In this document: in pieces, positions 27,661 through 43,002 of the stretch
How positions within the stretch are numbered: the stretch's first letter is position 1
Layout: every line of letters starts with the position of its first letter
Position numbers and translations under genes: made by a program
The notes under the pieces: generated by a model
Databases searched by the model: none
Told to the model about the DNA's origin: nothing
Seen by the model: only the letters and a program-made list of their open reading frames with translations
From: Octopus vulgaris
Lineage: Eukaryota
Length of the DNA: 64,000 nt
NCBI GenBank assembly: GCA_951406725.2
Contig: OX597824.1
Coordinates: 70,122,001 to 70,186,000, forward strand
Reading direction: 5' to 3'

Positions 27661-28820
27661 GTAGACAGACTTGTATATGTATTTGTATGTATATACATAC
27701 ATGCACACATACCTAAACACGTGGATATAGGTGTAATCATATCTGTGCATTTGGTTGTTATGTGCGCAGGTGTTTATATGTTCATATGTATGTGCACGCA
27801 TCTATGTTAATTTTGTCTTTTTTTTTCTTCACTATTGTAGTTTGTTTATCAAACTGAAACGGAAACATAATCACAACGTCTGTAATTTAGGTAACAATAA
27901 TTGATATGAAAGACTTACGTCTCGAACTTGAGAATAGTCTTGTATATTTTTACTATTTCACCTACAGTTTCTGTGAGCACAGTACGTGTTAACTATTTGG
28001 TTACTTTCATTGCCTGAAAGCTCTATATCGTAGATGCAAAATTCAAAACTGCTTACTTCAACTAAGATTCAACACAGTTCCGTTCTGTTTTGTTTTTTTT
28101 TATGCGAAACAGCTTATTACTGTATTTATCGGCGTATAGGACGCTTCTTTGTTATGTTTAAATGTATGAAAAATTGGCCCGTGTGTCATGCAGCCGTATG
28201 TTGGATAGGAGACCGTGTGTCGTTGACTAGGGAGTAACGTTGAAAATAAGTTGTCAAGCACAATAATTGTTACTACTAATCTATTGGAAACAAGCTAATA
28301 TATCATAGTCTGTTAGGACTAATTTGTGAAAAATTGCTCGATAGCTACCGTAAATCCTCGGGTATAGTCTGCCCTTGAGTATAATACGCAGGGGATTTTT
28401 AAGAGGCTGTACCTTTGAAAAACCTAAACCTTGTGTATAATACGCACCCCTTCTCTAACTTGAGTCAAGGAGGTCTATATAACGTCCTTGGTGTGTAAAA
28501 ATGTATACGGTAACGTCCTTTATTATTATTTTATATATAACATAATGCAAATGTGTAGCATTTTTGTGCATTTTGTTTACAGAAAAATAAAGAAATAACA
28601 GTAATAACGTTTAATAAATGTTGCTTACTGCAAGTTGTGGCATTTCTTACGACCTTACCTTCTGAGTTCGAATGCCGCAGGAGTCGACTTTGCATTTCAT
28701 CATTTCGATGAAAGGAGTATTAATTGAGCACTTAAATTAATGGTCGTGTGCCCAAAATTTGAAACCAAAGTTACTAATATATCAATGCTACTAAAACTTT
28801 TACTGTTATTTCTGCTACTA

Positions 28821-28961
28821 TTAGGTTGTCCCAAAAGTTCGTAAACACTTGCGAAAATTGAATTTTTACTTGCCAAGTACTAACAAAAACAACAAAAATT
28901 ATTCCTCAAAATAAAGACCATTATTTTCCAAGACTTTTTACGAACTTTTGGGACAACCTTA
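28821..28961. mobile_element. mariner-type MITE, 141 bp
   Basis: TA-ttaggttgtcccaaaagttcgtaaa...tttacgaacttttgggacaacctta-TA. Confidence 0.8.
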
Positions 28962-28977
28962 TATTACTACCTTGATC

Positions 28978-29328
28978 TTTTACTTGTTTCAGTCATTGGA
29001 CTGCGGCCATCCTGAAGCCATCCTGAGGCCATCCTGCGGCCATCGACCTCAGAGCTTATTATTTTTTGTTTTTAAGTCTGGTATTTATTCTATATCTTCC
29101 CTCCTTTGCCAGGCCGCTAAGTTACGTGAACGTTTACAAATCGACACTGGTTGTCATGCGGTGGTGTGGGGACAAACACAAACACACACACACACACACA
29201 CAAGTATACGACGGGCTTCTTTCAGTTTCCGTCTACCAAATTCATTCACAAGGCTTTGGTCGGCCCGGGGCTATAGGAGAAGACACTTGCCCAAGGTGCA
29301 GTGGGGTTGAACCCCGAACCATGTTGTT
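28978..29328 (-). mobile_element. SINE family B, diverged
   Basis: acgacgggcttctttcagtttccgtctaccaa...gacacttgcccaaggtgc. Confidence 0.8.
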
Positions 29329-29821
29329 AGGTCGACTTTGCCTTTCATGCCTTCAACTATTATAAATATTACTACTACTACTACTACTACTGCTGCTACC
29401 TTCCTGTACATCATTCACCCCTACTCCTATGTCCATACATCCACCCATCCACCCTGACCCTCCACCCTCGACGTAGATCTTTGATTTATCATGGTTCTTA
29501 TCACAACAATGACATCTGGCAAACGCTGATTCCACACCCTACTCCCTGCCAACCACGACCACCACCCGCAACGCCACTACTTCTACCCATAGCACCATCA
29601 ACTCCTTCATGCACGTACACACACGCGCACATCCACCTGTTCCTTTATACAGGCACACGCCCCCTGATATCTACGTGTCCTTTAAGTATTCACACACACA
29701 CACACACACACACATATCCACGCACACGTACACGCACACACACGCACAGGCGCGCGCGTGCGCTGTACAATGAAGCTTCTAACCTTTTCCATCTCTCCGT
29801 CTTCTTCGATTTTCTCGTTCT

Positions 29822-29860
<39 letters not shown>

Positions 29861-29983
29861 TCTCTTTCTCGCTCTCAGTGAACCTTCTCACACACTCTCT
29901 ACCACCTCTCCGCATCGTATTAAATATACATATTGTATGTATGTGTGTGTGTGTGCGTGCGTGTATGTATACGTATGTATGTG

Positions 29984-30200
<217 letters not shown>

Positions 30201-30884
30201 GTATGTATATATATATGTATATATATATGGTCTTTTCCCCAATTCGACCCCAACTTTGTAATCCCTGTGCCATGTCACTATCATTTAATATCTGAAGCGT
30301 TGCGTCTATTTTTTTCTTTCCTTTCTTTTTTTTTTACCCCTTCGGTCACCTTGATTACAATCTGGATCACACCTGTCCACCTGTTGAACAGGTAAGGGGG
30401 AGAAAGAGGCAAAGAAGCAGATAGAGGCAAAGAACAAGCTAGAGATCGGAAGAGAGAGAGAGAGAGAAGTGACGGATACAGCGCGATAGATAATGAGAGA
30501 CACATAGATGTTAGAAACAAAGAAAGAGATGTAGAGGGACAACAGAGTGCGTGAGAGAGTGATAGTGACAGAGAGATAGAGAGACAGAGGGAGTGAAAGA
30601 TAGGGAGAACAAGAAAGAGCGAATAATTACGTAATTTATTACGTTTTTAAGTGGGGTTTTTTTGTTCTTGTTTTCATCTATATTTTAATTATTTATGATT
30701 TATTTATATACGTTATTGCTGTTCTGTTTTTTTAATTCGGGTTTTGATGGAACTCCTGGAGTCTTGCATACGTGGCGAGTTTGGTTGCCTGCAGCTAACG
30801 GTACCAAACTATCTGTTCTTTTCAACTACCTAATACTTTCCTGATTATTCTGGTCGTGCCAAGGATTATTATTATTATTACTGT

Positions 30885-31180
30885 CCGATAGCAAGTTTAA
30901 TGAAAGGTAGATAAATGTCGCAAGGAGCCATTCTGAGGTTACACCTGTGATTTAAAAAGGTAATATAAAAGGAGAAAGGGGCTCTCTAACCCCCTTTTGA
31001 CTAGGCTCCCGTTGGCTTTTATGGGTTTTTCCACCAGGAACCTTTCGTAACGTTTTTCGTTGTTAAACTGCTTTTTTTACTCGGATTATACAAACGGACA
31101 AAACCCTTTGTAACCTTTCGTCTTGTTTTGTCCCTTTATGTGATAATTGATTTTTGTCAGCCCTTGTGGCCAATAAAAGA

Positions 31181-31185
<5 letters not shown>
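30885..31185 (+). mobile_element. Probable LINE 3' end sharing its terminus with SINE A tail1
   Basis: Ends gtcttgttttgtccctt...agcccttgtggccaataaaagaa-(TTA)n, versus SINE A gtccttgtttgtcccct...agccccttgtgggcaataaagaaat. Confidence 0.5.
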
Positions 31186-31219
<34 letters not shown>

Positions 31220-31234
31220 CATTATTATTATTAA

Positions 31235-31522
<288 letters not shown>

Positions 31523-32058
31523 GAGTGAGAGAGCAGTGCATGCCATCAAAGTGACACTGGGGTAAAATATACGAAGCCCAGTATACCCATCATGACAACC
31601 CGTCTGGTAAGGGAACACCAGGCACGTGCATCACAACCATATGTGCGCGACATAGTGATCTCATTTCGAGATAAACAGCGCATGACCTTACAGGTGGGAC
31701 CCAGTTAGAATTTTCTTCAGGTCGAGTAGCCCATCCCGCTCAAAAGGTCCCTGAATAAGGATTGTTTAAGGATGATGAACAAAGCAGCCATGTTTGCAGA
31801 GGTGAATTATCCAAACCCCAAAGAGTTCCTTTCAATACATAGCTATGATGCTCCCTCACTACTTCTACTCGTGATCAGAGATACACATATCGTCAGCCAC
31901 TAAGGGACATGCTCAACTGATTAAGGTCAAACAACTGACAAGCAAATATGTAGTATTGAGCAGAATATTTGCTGTAGTCTATCTTTTATAGCAAGAAAAA
32001 ACAATGTACACAATAATACTTCCAATCAGTTAAGATCAGAAACCATGAGAGTCACTGT
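31523..32058 (-). mobile_element. (AAT)n-tailed retroposon family copy
   Basis: Reverse complement of 53641-54194; 3' end abuts the long (ATT)n tract at 31183-31522. Confidence 0.85.
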
Positions 32059-32267
32059 CGGCGAGCTGGCAGAATCGTTAGCACGCTAGACGAAATGCTT
32101 AGCGGCATTTCGTCTGCCGCTACGATCTGAGTTCAAATTTTGCCGAGTTCGACTTTGCCTTTCATCTTTTTGGGGTCGATAAAATAAGTACCAGTGAAAC
32201 ACTGGGGTTGATGTAATCAACACATGCTTTCCCTTAAAATTGCTGCCTTTGAGGCAAAATTGGAAAC

Positions 32268-32330
<63 letters not shown>

Positions 32331-32959
32331 TATGAAGGTACTGAAAATTACGATGTTTCGTTTAGGAATACGTCTTCGTAAACCATACAATCGAAGATAA
32401 AAAATATAGGTAATGGGTGTATATCCATGTTTCAGGAGTTATTGCTCTTTCTTCAGCATTACATCCAGCCAATTTAGTATCAAGAAATACATTGCTTAAG
32501 TACACACCAAGTTTAATAGTGTAACGCTATTGCATAGACAAATTCTACATAATAGACACATTCCTGTCAACTGATACGTACGTATTAATTGCCGGTAGGG
32601 AAGCGTATTTTCGTTTTGCAACCATAATATACTTCCAAGTATATTCAAGGTTAATAAGTCAATAATGTATCCTACATGTGTTATCAGTGCGTCGTTTTCA
32701 TTTTTAAAATATTTTTTGAAGTGTATCTCTAGTGTTAAGAAGCAAACTTCTAACTACATAGCCAAATATGTAATAACCCTTAGTTTTGATCCTATTGTCA
32801 CGTGACCAGTTTTTAGATATAACTTTTTTTCGTTATTTTTTTTAATCATCTGATATATATATCTTGCTTATAAATTCTTTGAGGTGTTGTTTGTGATCGA
32901 TGCGAGTGCTACACTATTTGTTTAATGTAGAAGATATTCCTTCAGTACTGTCCAAATGA

Positions 32960-33230
32960 TGTCAGTACCATGTTTGCAAATCACCCCAGTTTTGGCCCCA
33001 ACAAAAAGTGAGCTCACATTACAACAAAACGTCTACACAATGTTTTTAAATCTCAACCGGTCTTGGTTTATTGAACATTATTCCGAAAGAAATCAAAGAA
33101 GAAAAATATTCTATAACATTCGGACGGTGCCTGGACAAATTCCTCTGACATCAGACAAATCGCTGACACTTGGGTATATCTACGCTAACAACAGCTCCCT
33201 TTTCGAGTGCTAAAACAGGACACAGATTGA
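32960..33230 (+). mobile_element. Highly decayed CR1/Jockey-group LINE 3' remnant
   Basis: Fragments NIIPKEIK...LDKFL...TLGY...NS resemble the C-terminal tail of such ORF2s. Confidence 0.4.
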
Positions 33231-33315
33231 GCTATTATGACCCGGGGTAATAATACCAGGGCTAATAATAACGAAAATTTATCAATCTTAAAACAACACA
33301 TTTATTTTGGATCTT

Positions 33316-33791
33316 CTTACTTGTTTCATTTATTTGACTGCGGCCGTGCTGGAGCACCGCCTTAAAGGGTTTTCAATCGGAGAAATCGATCTCAGTACTT
33401 ATTCTTTGTAAGCCCAGTACTTATTCTATTGGACTCCCTTTACCCAACCGCTAATTTACAGGGATGTAAACACACCAACATTGTTTGTCACGCGGTGGTC
33501 GGAAGACAAACAGACACAAAAATACACACACATAAATATATACATATATACAAACATAAATACACACACATAAATATATACATATATACACACATAAATA
33601 CACACACACACACACACACACACATACGACGTACTTCTTTCAGTTTCCGCCTACCAAATCCACTCACAAGGCTTTTGTCGGCCCGAGGTCATAGTAGAAT
33701 ACAATTGCCCAAAGTGCCACGCAGTGGGACTGAACCCGAACCATGTGGTTGAGAAGCAAGCTTCTTACCACACAGCCACACCTACACCTAT
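33316..33791 (-). mobile_element. SINE family B full length
   Basis: Reverse complement of the head-to-tail consensus. Confidence 0.88.
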
Positions 33792-34468
33792 ATCCAAGTA
33801 TTATGTTGGTATTCTCAAAACTTCTATACAATGGGTATAACGCACAGGAAAAATTTATCGGGAACGTGTTAGCAGTTGTAGTATTTGTGTATGGAATTTA
33901 TTGAAACAGGTTAGTATTGACAGATAAAACAATAAAATTCGATTCAAAATTAGAATAACATAACCGGGAAATGTAACCCAGTTTAAACTTTGAAAAAAAT
34001 ATTACTGTATCTAATTTGAATATTTAGGATTGAATATATCAATAGTTAATTTGCATGTTTAATTAAATATCGAACTTGCTCTAAAAGATATAACCTAGCA
34101 CTGGTAGCCAGCGTACCAAATGTTATCATTAGCTGGACTTTTGGTTATCTTCGCGTTTGAGGATGAAAATTTGACTGAAAACGGCATTTGCAATCAATTA
34201 AAAATTTAATTTCAAAAACTCACAAAAAAAATAAAACAAAACACACACTTTTTTAAAACCAAATTGCCTTTTTATGGCAGGTTTTACTTTATTTTTCAAG
34301 AAAAAGAAACTAAAAATTGTGGTAATTCTAAACTGTAAAGTCCAAAATGCATAATTTTTGGAGGAAATTATGTCTGTTGTCAAGGTTTTAAAAATTCAGC
34401 CAGTTTTGCATATGTTCTTCATATTTGAATTTTTGGTGTCTTGTATCTGCTATGCATGTGTGTGTGTA

Positions 34469-34524
<56 letters not shown>

Positions 34525-34813
34525 GCGTGTGTGTCAATATCTCCTTGCCTGCTGGAGTCAAAGTAGGAGAACTGCTGTGCTGATGAGTGATGACACATAC
34601 TGAGGTAGAAACACAGGTCCACAACTGTTCCCTTGACTTTAGAAAGGACGATAGAATAAGTATAAATCTAAAAAAAAAGTACTGGGATCGATTTATTCGA
34701 TTAAAAGTTCTTCAAGAGAATGCTCTTGCATGGCAGCAGTCTAATGACAGAAACAAGTAAAAGATAAAAGATAAATAAGATATAATATATAAATAATATA
34801 ATATATATATCTC

Positions 34814-34917
<104 letters not shown>

Positions 34918-35102
34918 TGTGTGTGTGTATAAATATATATAGAAATACATTATATATATGTAAATATAATATGTGACAATTATTCGGTAGCCATGATAAA
35001 ACTCCGAGTTTTACCGAATAATTGTCACATATTACAGATAAATTCCTCTATTTACATAATATCGAAGTCTCTTTCATTCTTTTGTTGTCTTACCATTTTT
35101 AT

Positions 35103-35162
<60 letters not shown>

Positions 35163-35266
35163 GGCAAAATTATAATAAAAGGTAAAATCAATAATAATTT
35201 TACCAGGTGGTCAGTGCTGAAATAAAAACCTCAGAGGTAAATTTTACAAAATATTTTATGATGATA

Positions 35267-35832
35267 TTGGGTTGTCCGGAAAGTTCGTGTCGATTTTTAA
35301 AGGAAAGAAAAAGGTCAATAAATACTTGTCATTACATTTTTAATAAGCCAAATATGAACCATTTTGTTGCACAATGCTTCTTCATCTTTCCTTTAACTTG
35401 AAAATACCCTCTTCCCAAAATTGAGGTGGTTTCATGGCAAAGAATTCATCAAGGTATCTTTTTACGTCATTCAAGGAATTGAAATTTTTACCATTAAGAC
35501 TATACTGCAGAGACCTGAATAAGTGGAAATCCGAAGGAGCAATATCTGGTGAATATGGAAGTTGGGGTAACACATCCCAGCCGAGCTGCAGCAATTTTTG
35601 TGTGGTTCCCAAAGCAACAAGTACCGAATATGAACTTTCTTATCTTCCATTTTAAAGGGTTACAAAATTAACACAGGTTATAGAAACATAAATCTTCTTC
35701 CATGAAAAGATAGCTTAAACTGTGCTCTAAATGGAGGTGTAGTCAAATCCTATATTATGGACTCAACTACGTGCTAAAATAAGTCGAAAGGTAAGCTACT
35801 ATAAATCGGTACGTACTTTCCGGACAACCCAA
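35267..35832 (-). mobile_element. Internally deleted mariner with both TIRs
   Basis: TA-ttgggttgtccggaaagt...actttccggacaacccaa-TA; encodes LLQLGWDVLPQLPYSPDIAPSDFHLFRSLQ...FWEEGIFKLKER. Confidence 0.92.
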
Positions 35833-37527
35833 TACATACAACATACATACATATATACATACATACATATATACATACATACGTATATGTGAACGAAGAT
35901 ACACATATACGTATGTATGTAAGTATGTATGTATTTTGTGTGTATGTGTGTATGCGTGTGTGTGTGTGTGCATGTATTTGTCTTTTATTTATCCCCCCAC
36001 ACAGCTTGGGAACCGGTGTTTGTTTTCTTACGTCTCCGAATCCTAACGGTTCGGCAAGACCATCAGGAACCATTAGAAGCATGTATGTAACGATGTATGA
36101 ATTAGAAAACAGAGAAGAATAAAAACTGGAAGAAGATTGAACAAAGCAGAATGGATAGCAGAGATGTTATGGATGGATGGTTTCGGTATATGGTAATATC
36201 ATCAGATGCGTTGACGGCTGTCATTGTTGCATTGGAAACGGTAGAATTGGAAATTGAAGAAGGTGGAAAGAGGGGACCGTGGGAGTGTGGTTAAAGGCAG
36301 GTGGGTAGTTTCAGGTTACCTCGCTGTTCTCAGCCAACATTGAAGTAAATATATTGAGTTGATTTACGAGTATTGTCCTACAGCCGTGACTGTGGTGGTG
36401 GGTAATAGTAGTTTTTCTTGCAATCATAATGATAGTGGTGGTGGTGATGGAAGTTGCCATCATTGGTGGTGGTGGTGGTAGCGGTGGTGGTGGTAGTTAT
36501 TATAGTAGTAGTGGTGATGGCAGTTGTGGTGGTAGCTGTGGTAGTAGCGGTAGTAGTGGTGGCGATGGAAGTTGTTGTTGCTAGTGGTGGTGGTAGTGGT
36601 GGTGATAGCTACGGTGGTAGTTGTGGTGATAGTTGTGTTGGTAGTAGTGGTGGTAGTTGTGATGGTAGTTGTGGTGGTAGTGATGGTTGTAGTTGTAGTG
36701 GTAGTAGTTGTAGCCACAGTGCGAAACTGGTACTTATTTAATCGACCCCGAAAGGATGAAAGGCAAAGTTGACCTCGGCGGAAATTGAACTCAAAATGTA
36801 GCGGTAGACGAAATACTGCTAAACATTTCGCCCGGCGTGCTAACGATTCTGCCAGCTCGCCGCCTTAAAACAAGTAAAAGAATAAAAGAATATGTGTGTG
36901 TGTGTGTGTGTGCGCGCGCGCTATATTGCAAGGATATAGATACCCTTTAAAAGGGTTGTTAGGACCCAAGATTCCCTGGTTTCATCTCACATATCGATGA
37001 AATACTTATGAGTCACGTTGTAATACTGGTGTTTATTATTTAATAATTGGCACAAATACTAAAAATATTACGGAGTCCAAGTTATATTTTAATAGATGTT
37101 TGTTTCTCTTCGATATATATATATAATTGACTTAATCCGTTTGTCTGTCTTTGTTTGTCCTCTCTGTGTTTAGCCCCTTGTGGATAGTAAAGAAATAGGT
37201 ATTTCGTTTGTTTTTACGTTCTGAGTTCAAATTTCGCCGAGGTCGACTTTGCCTTTCATCCTTTCGGGGTCGATAAATTAAGTATCAGTTGCGTACTGTG
37301 GTCGATCTAATCGACTGGCTCCCTCCTCCAAAATTTCAGGCCTTCTACCTAGAGTAGAAAAGATATATATGGGTATATTTTCGCCCCGAAGAAATATTTA
37401 GCTCGCAATTTACAAAATGCAATTTTAATGAGTCGGATATTGAAAAAATTGTAGGCAAACGTAAATTGACAATATGTTAATAAATTGATGTTATCAGTTA
37501 AAACTCACTATTTTCTTCTTTGACATA

Positions 37528-37559
<32 letters not shown>

Positions 37560-37564
<5 letters not shown>

Positions 37565-37754
37565 ATCCAAACATGAACAAAGAGAAAATACAACAACGCG
37601 AGGACGTGGAACAAGTATAGTGTTATTTGACGCTCAGGGAAGGAAAGAAAGAAGGAGAATTTAACGTTTCGAGCGGAGCTTTTCGTCAGAGGCATAGGAA
37701 AAGAAAAGGTCCAAGGAAGACGGATAAAGAAAATCGCCGACGATACACACGCCA

Positions 37755-37755
<1 letters not shown>
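37560..37755 (-). mobile_element. About 200-bp element with hammerhead-like motif (37659-37693)
   Basis: Minus strand CTGACGA-a-aagc-tcc-gctc-GAAA-cg-TT; family of 27338 and 57202. Confidence 0.7.
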
Positions 37756-37808
<53 letters not shown>

Positions 37809-38332
37809 TCACGCACAAACACACACGCCCACATTCATATATATACGTGAGTGTGTGTGTGTGTGTGTGTGTGTCTGTGTGTGTGTGTTTATTAAAGTAT
37901 GACAATACGTAGTCTTATATATATATATATAATATTCTCTCTATACTATTAACCCGTATACCACCCTCCAGGCATCCATCCATCCATCCATCCGTTCACT
38001 CCAATCTTTATACCCGATGTGGCTGAGTGTGTGTATACACGTGCTCGTCACCAAATACCTACCACCAAATACCTACATTCACGTGCCTACCACCCGCCCA
38101 GCCCCTTCCTCCGTTCCCACCACTCCGCCGCCTGTCAAGCGAGGCAAACGCCAGGTCAGCCATGACTTCAACGCAAATGGTGCGTGACAAGACACCATAG
38201 CCGTATAAGTAAGTCTTGCTCGTTTCTTTTCACCTTCTCTCCATCCATCCCCCCGCTTTCTCTCTCTCTCTCTCTCTGGCTCTCACCCTCTCTTTTTATC
38301 TATCTGTTCGTCTACTTCTCTCTCTTCTTCTC

Positions 38333-38373
<41 letters not shown>

Positions 38374-38398
38374 ATCTATCTATCTATCTATTTGTCTG

Positions 38399-38587
<189 letters not shown>

Positions 38588-38612
38588 ATCTATCTATCTA
38601 TCTATCTATCTA

Positions 38613-38712
<100 letters not shown>

Positions 38713-38798
38713 TCTGTCTATCTGTCTATCTATCTATCTCTTTTTTCTCAATACATCTCTTCATCAACCTCTCTCTACCCTCAATTTCTCTCTCTTAT

Positions 38799-38847
<49 letters not shown>

Positions 38848-38994
38848 ACCCCTCCCACTGTCTATCCATCTATTTTCCTATTTCTTTCTATCTATCTCCC
38901 CATCTATCTCTGTCTCTGCCTGTCTGTCTGTATGTCTGTCTGTCTGTCTCTCTCTCTCTTTCTATCTATCTCGCTCTCTCTCTATATATATGTA

Positions 38995-39039
<45 letters not shown>

Positions 39040-39652
39040 GTAAGTATTATGTATGTGTGTGTATATATACATGTATATTCCCCTATCTATTACTATCTCA
39101 TTCTACACACCCTCCTTTCTATCTCGCCAGTTCCTCCCACTTTCTCTCTAACTCTATCTCTCTTTCTAACCCTCTCTCTCTTTCTCTCCCTCTCTCTCTC
39201 CCTCTCTCCACCATCCCACACCACACGAGACCTCTACCAACCTCTTACTCCACAACCCACTTTTATAATTTTATCCACACTTTTACCTGGCTGCGAACTT
39301 TTTATGGCACTTCTTTCCTTCCTTCTTTCTTTCCTTCCTACTTTCTTTCCTTCCTTCTTTCTTTCCCTCTTTCTTCCCTTCTTTCCTTCTTCCTTTCTTC
39401 GTTTACGTTAGACTTCGTGGGCACGCGCCGCTCTGGCACACTTCATAAGCGTATAAGTGTGTAAGTGCTTGTTGTATGTGTGTGTGTATGTGTGTGTATG
39501 TATGTAAGTGCTTGTATGTGTGTGTGTGTGAGTGTGTGTGTGTGTATTTATGTGAATGTGTCAATGTGTAATCATGCAAGCGTGTATCTATATTTTGCGC
39601 GCATGCTGGTTGTATATGCGTGCATAATTATTTTTGTGTGAGTGTGAGTGTA

Positions 39653-39683
<31 letters not shown>

Positions 39684-39726
39684 AAGAGAGCTACGAAAGT
39701 GAGTGTCCATAACTTTAAATATGCAG

Positions 39727-39759
<33 letters not shown>

Positions 39760-39931
39760 TGTATGTATGTATGTATGTATGTGTGTGTGTGTGTGTGTGT
39801 GTATTATATATGTGCACGTATGTATAGATATCGATATACATTATAAATATTGGATGTGTTTGCACGCACACACACACACTCACAAGCACACAAAAACACA
39901 CACACACATATATATGCATATGTATAAATAC

Positions 39932-39962
<31 letters not shown>

Positions 39963-40028
39963 TATATAATCATATATATATGTATATATATAAATATGTA
40001 TGTGTGTGTATATATATATATATATACA

Positions 40029-40074
<46 letters not shown>

Positions 40075-40409
40075 TACGCTTAAGAATATATATATACAAT
40101 GATTGAGTCAGGATACAGGTCTTAGAAAAGAAAATATACACACATACAGATACCCACACACATACACACTCATATACATATGTGCATACAGTTATACAAA
40201 CGCAGGTACACTTAACAGAACCTAAACAAAGACACCTTCGTCCGTAACACTCACACACACACATACACATACATTCATGCGTGGATATACAGCGATATAA
40301 CACGTATACACATATACACACACACAAGCACTAGCATAAAATTGCACAGACACAATGATACACACACATCCACGCATTGACACACACACACATACACACA
40401 TCTACTTAC

Positions 40410-40464
40410 CTTCCTTTCAAGAGTCTGTCTTGAATCAAGTCTAATGTTACGCATGGCTGGTTGA
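40410..40464 (-). CDS. Candidate exon 3 of an unknown gene
   Basis: tttctcag| t QPAMRNIRLDSRQTLERK |gtaagt; phase 2 to 0 matches the upstream candidate exon. Confidence 0.3.
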
Positions 40465-40482
40465 CTGAGAAACTGGTTATTG

Positions 40483-40539
<57 letters not shown>

Positions 40540-40884
40540 AGAGAGGGGGAGGGAGGGAGAGGGAGAGAGAGAGGTAGTGGTGAAGGTGGTGGGTGTGAGG
40601 ATCGTGGTAGTGGTGGTGGTGGTTGTGATATACACTTTTGGATGTATGGTAGTGGTAGTAGTAGTAGTAGTATACAATGGTGCTGATAGTTCCGGTAGTG
40701 GTGGTGGTGGTGGTGGGTATGGTGGTGGTGGTGGCGTTAAGCGATATTACATGGTAATGTTAATTTAGTAGTTATAGCTGTCGTCATCATCATCGTCGTC
40801 ATGGTCATCATCATCGTAGTCATAATCATCATCATCATCATCATCATCAGTGGCGGCAGCAGCAGCAGCAGCAGCAGCAGTAGC

Positions 40885-40930
<46 letters not shown>

Positions 40931-41280
40931 ATTTTGATAATGTTGATACTTAGCACCTCTAAGTTCTAATCAAGCACACCTGTGCACCAAAAGCTCTTCG
41001 TCCGTGACAATCTCATCTGTTTGTATGCTTTTATATATATTTTTTTGAAACAGATTGTTTGCAATGACATTATTCGTTGAGCCCTTCCTGTTTCTGTTTT
41101 TATTCTGTTTTTATTCTGTTTTTGTTGTAAGACAGTGGTCAGAGACTGAACATGCGAGTTACCCGCATGCGTTTTGTTTTTTTCCCCTGGGTTTCTTCTA
41201 TTTCCTTATCTCTTTTCCTCCTTATTTCTTTCTCCACTTCCCTGGATTTTCCTCTGTATATCTGAGGAAGGAAAATTCAC

Positions 41281-41315
<35 letters not shown>

Positions 41316-41318
41316 CAT

Positions 41319-41360
<42 letters not shown>

Positions 41361-41501
41361 TTGAGGACGTAAATATAATCCAGGCGATCATCCGACCAGC
41401 GCTTCATTTCGTTGCAATGGGAAAGACATTTCGAGCCGTAGAATGTTCGAAACATCTTGATTAACTGCCTTAAATCATGTCTGGCGGATTATATATATGG
41501 A

Positions 41502-41883
41502 TGGAAGCACTCCGTCGGTTATGACGACGAGGGTTCCGGTTGATCCGATCAACGGAACAGCCTGCTCGTGAAATTAACATGTAAGTGGCTGAGCACTCCA
41601 CAGACACGTGTACCCTTAACGTAGCTCTCGGGGATATTCAGCGTGACACAGAGAGTGACAAGGCCGGCCCTTTGAAATACAGGTACAACAGAAACAGGAA
41701 GTAAGAGTGAGAGAAAGTTGTGGTGAAAGAGTACAGCAGGGATCACCACCATCCATGCCGGAACCTCGTGGAGCTTTAGGTGTTTTCGCTCAATAAACAC
41801 TCACAACGGCCGGTCTGGGAATCGAAACCGCGATCCTACGACAGCGAGTCCGCTGCCCTAACCACTGGGCCATTGCACCTCCA
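41502..41883 (-). mobile_element. SINE family C (tRNA-Arg-like head)
   Basis: Minus head tggaggtgcaatggcccagtggttagggcagcggactcgc...ggtttcgattcccag with A and B boxes; near-identical to 46107 and 58224. Confidence 0.9.
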
Positions 41884-42158
41884 CTAAGGAGATCATAGGA
41901 TAAATTAACTTTTACAGTTTGTTTGCTTCGTTGTTGACACGGCCATGAAACGGTAGAAATTCATCATGCATTGCAGGTTTATTTCATAAGTTCACTGTGA
42001 TTCAAATTAAAATGTCTGAAGAAGTGAACGCTAATTTTATCGTTGGAATTGCATAACTTCCTATGTAATATGAAATATATGGAGTTCGTTCACAGAAACG
42101 AACGTAACATTGATTTAACTTCATTTTTTCCCCCCCTCCCCCCCACAAATACGAACAC

Positions 42159-42217
<59 letters not shown>

Positions 42218-42279
42218 CATACATACATATATACATACGTACATACATACATACATACATACATACATACATACATACA

Positions 42280-42315
<36 letters not shown>

Positions 42316-42580
42316 TGAGGGTTAAGCAACAAGTTGCTTCACCACATACCGAAAATTTAGAAATAGCAGCCAAAGACAGCTCTTTCCTTTTTACTACAGA
42401 TATATTACTCCACAGATAGCAATATTTGTAACTCGCATAGGCAAAAAGAAGAAAAATAACGTAATCAAACAGTCTTCGATTAATTATGGACGCGTTTCTG
42501 GGTTAGAATTATACAAATTCATTCCCGTCATCAGCACAATATTTCGATAATTTATAAATTTGAAAATGCTAGGAACCTAC

Positions 42581-42770
42581 CCTTTGCATCCCGATCCAGC
42601 GGCATCGGAAAATAACAGAAGATAGTCAGCACATTCAAATTTATATAGACGAGTGAATTCGTATTTTCCCTCCATTCCTATTACCCTTATATTTGTAATG
42701 AATTTTTCACTACCATATAACAAACTGTAGTTTTCTATCTGCGGTACTATCGTGTGACGCACATGGTAAT
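42581..42770 (-). CDS. Candidate exon 2 of an unknown gene
   Basis: ttttccctccaag| 190-nt open frame [19 protein letters not shown]...DAAGSGCK |gtaggt; phase 1 to 2; non-repetitive. Confidence 0.3.
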
Positions 42771-42788
42771 CTTGGAGGGAAAATAAGA

Positions 42789-42844
<56 letters not shown>

Positions 42845-42910
42845 GTAGGTAGGTAGGTAGGTAGGTAGGTAGGTAGGTAGGTAGGTAGGTAGATAGACAG
42901 ATTGATAGAT

Positions 42911-43002
<92 letters not shown>

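Noticed and set aside
36175-36210. CTGATGA...GAAA on the minus strand
   Set aside because: Stems I and II do not pair; chance match
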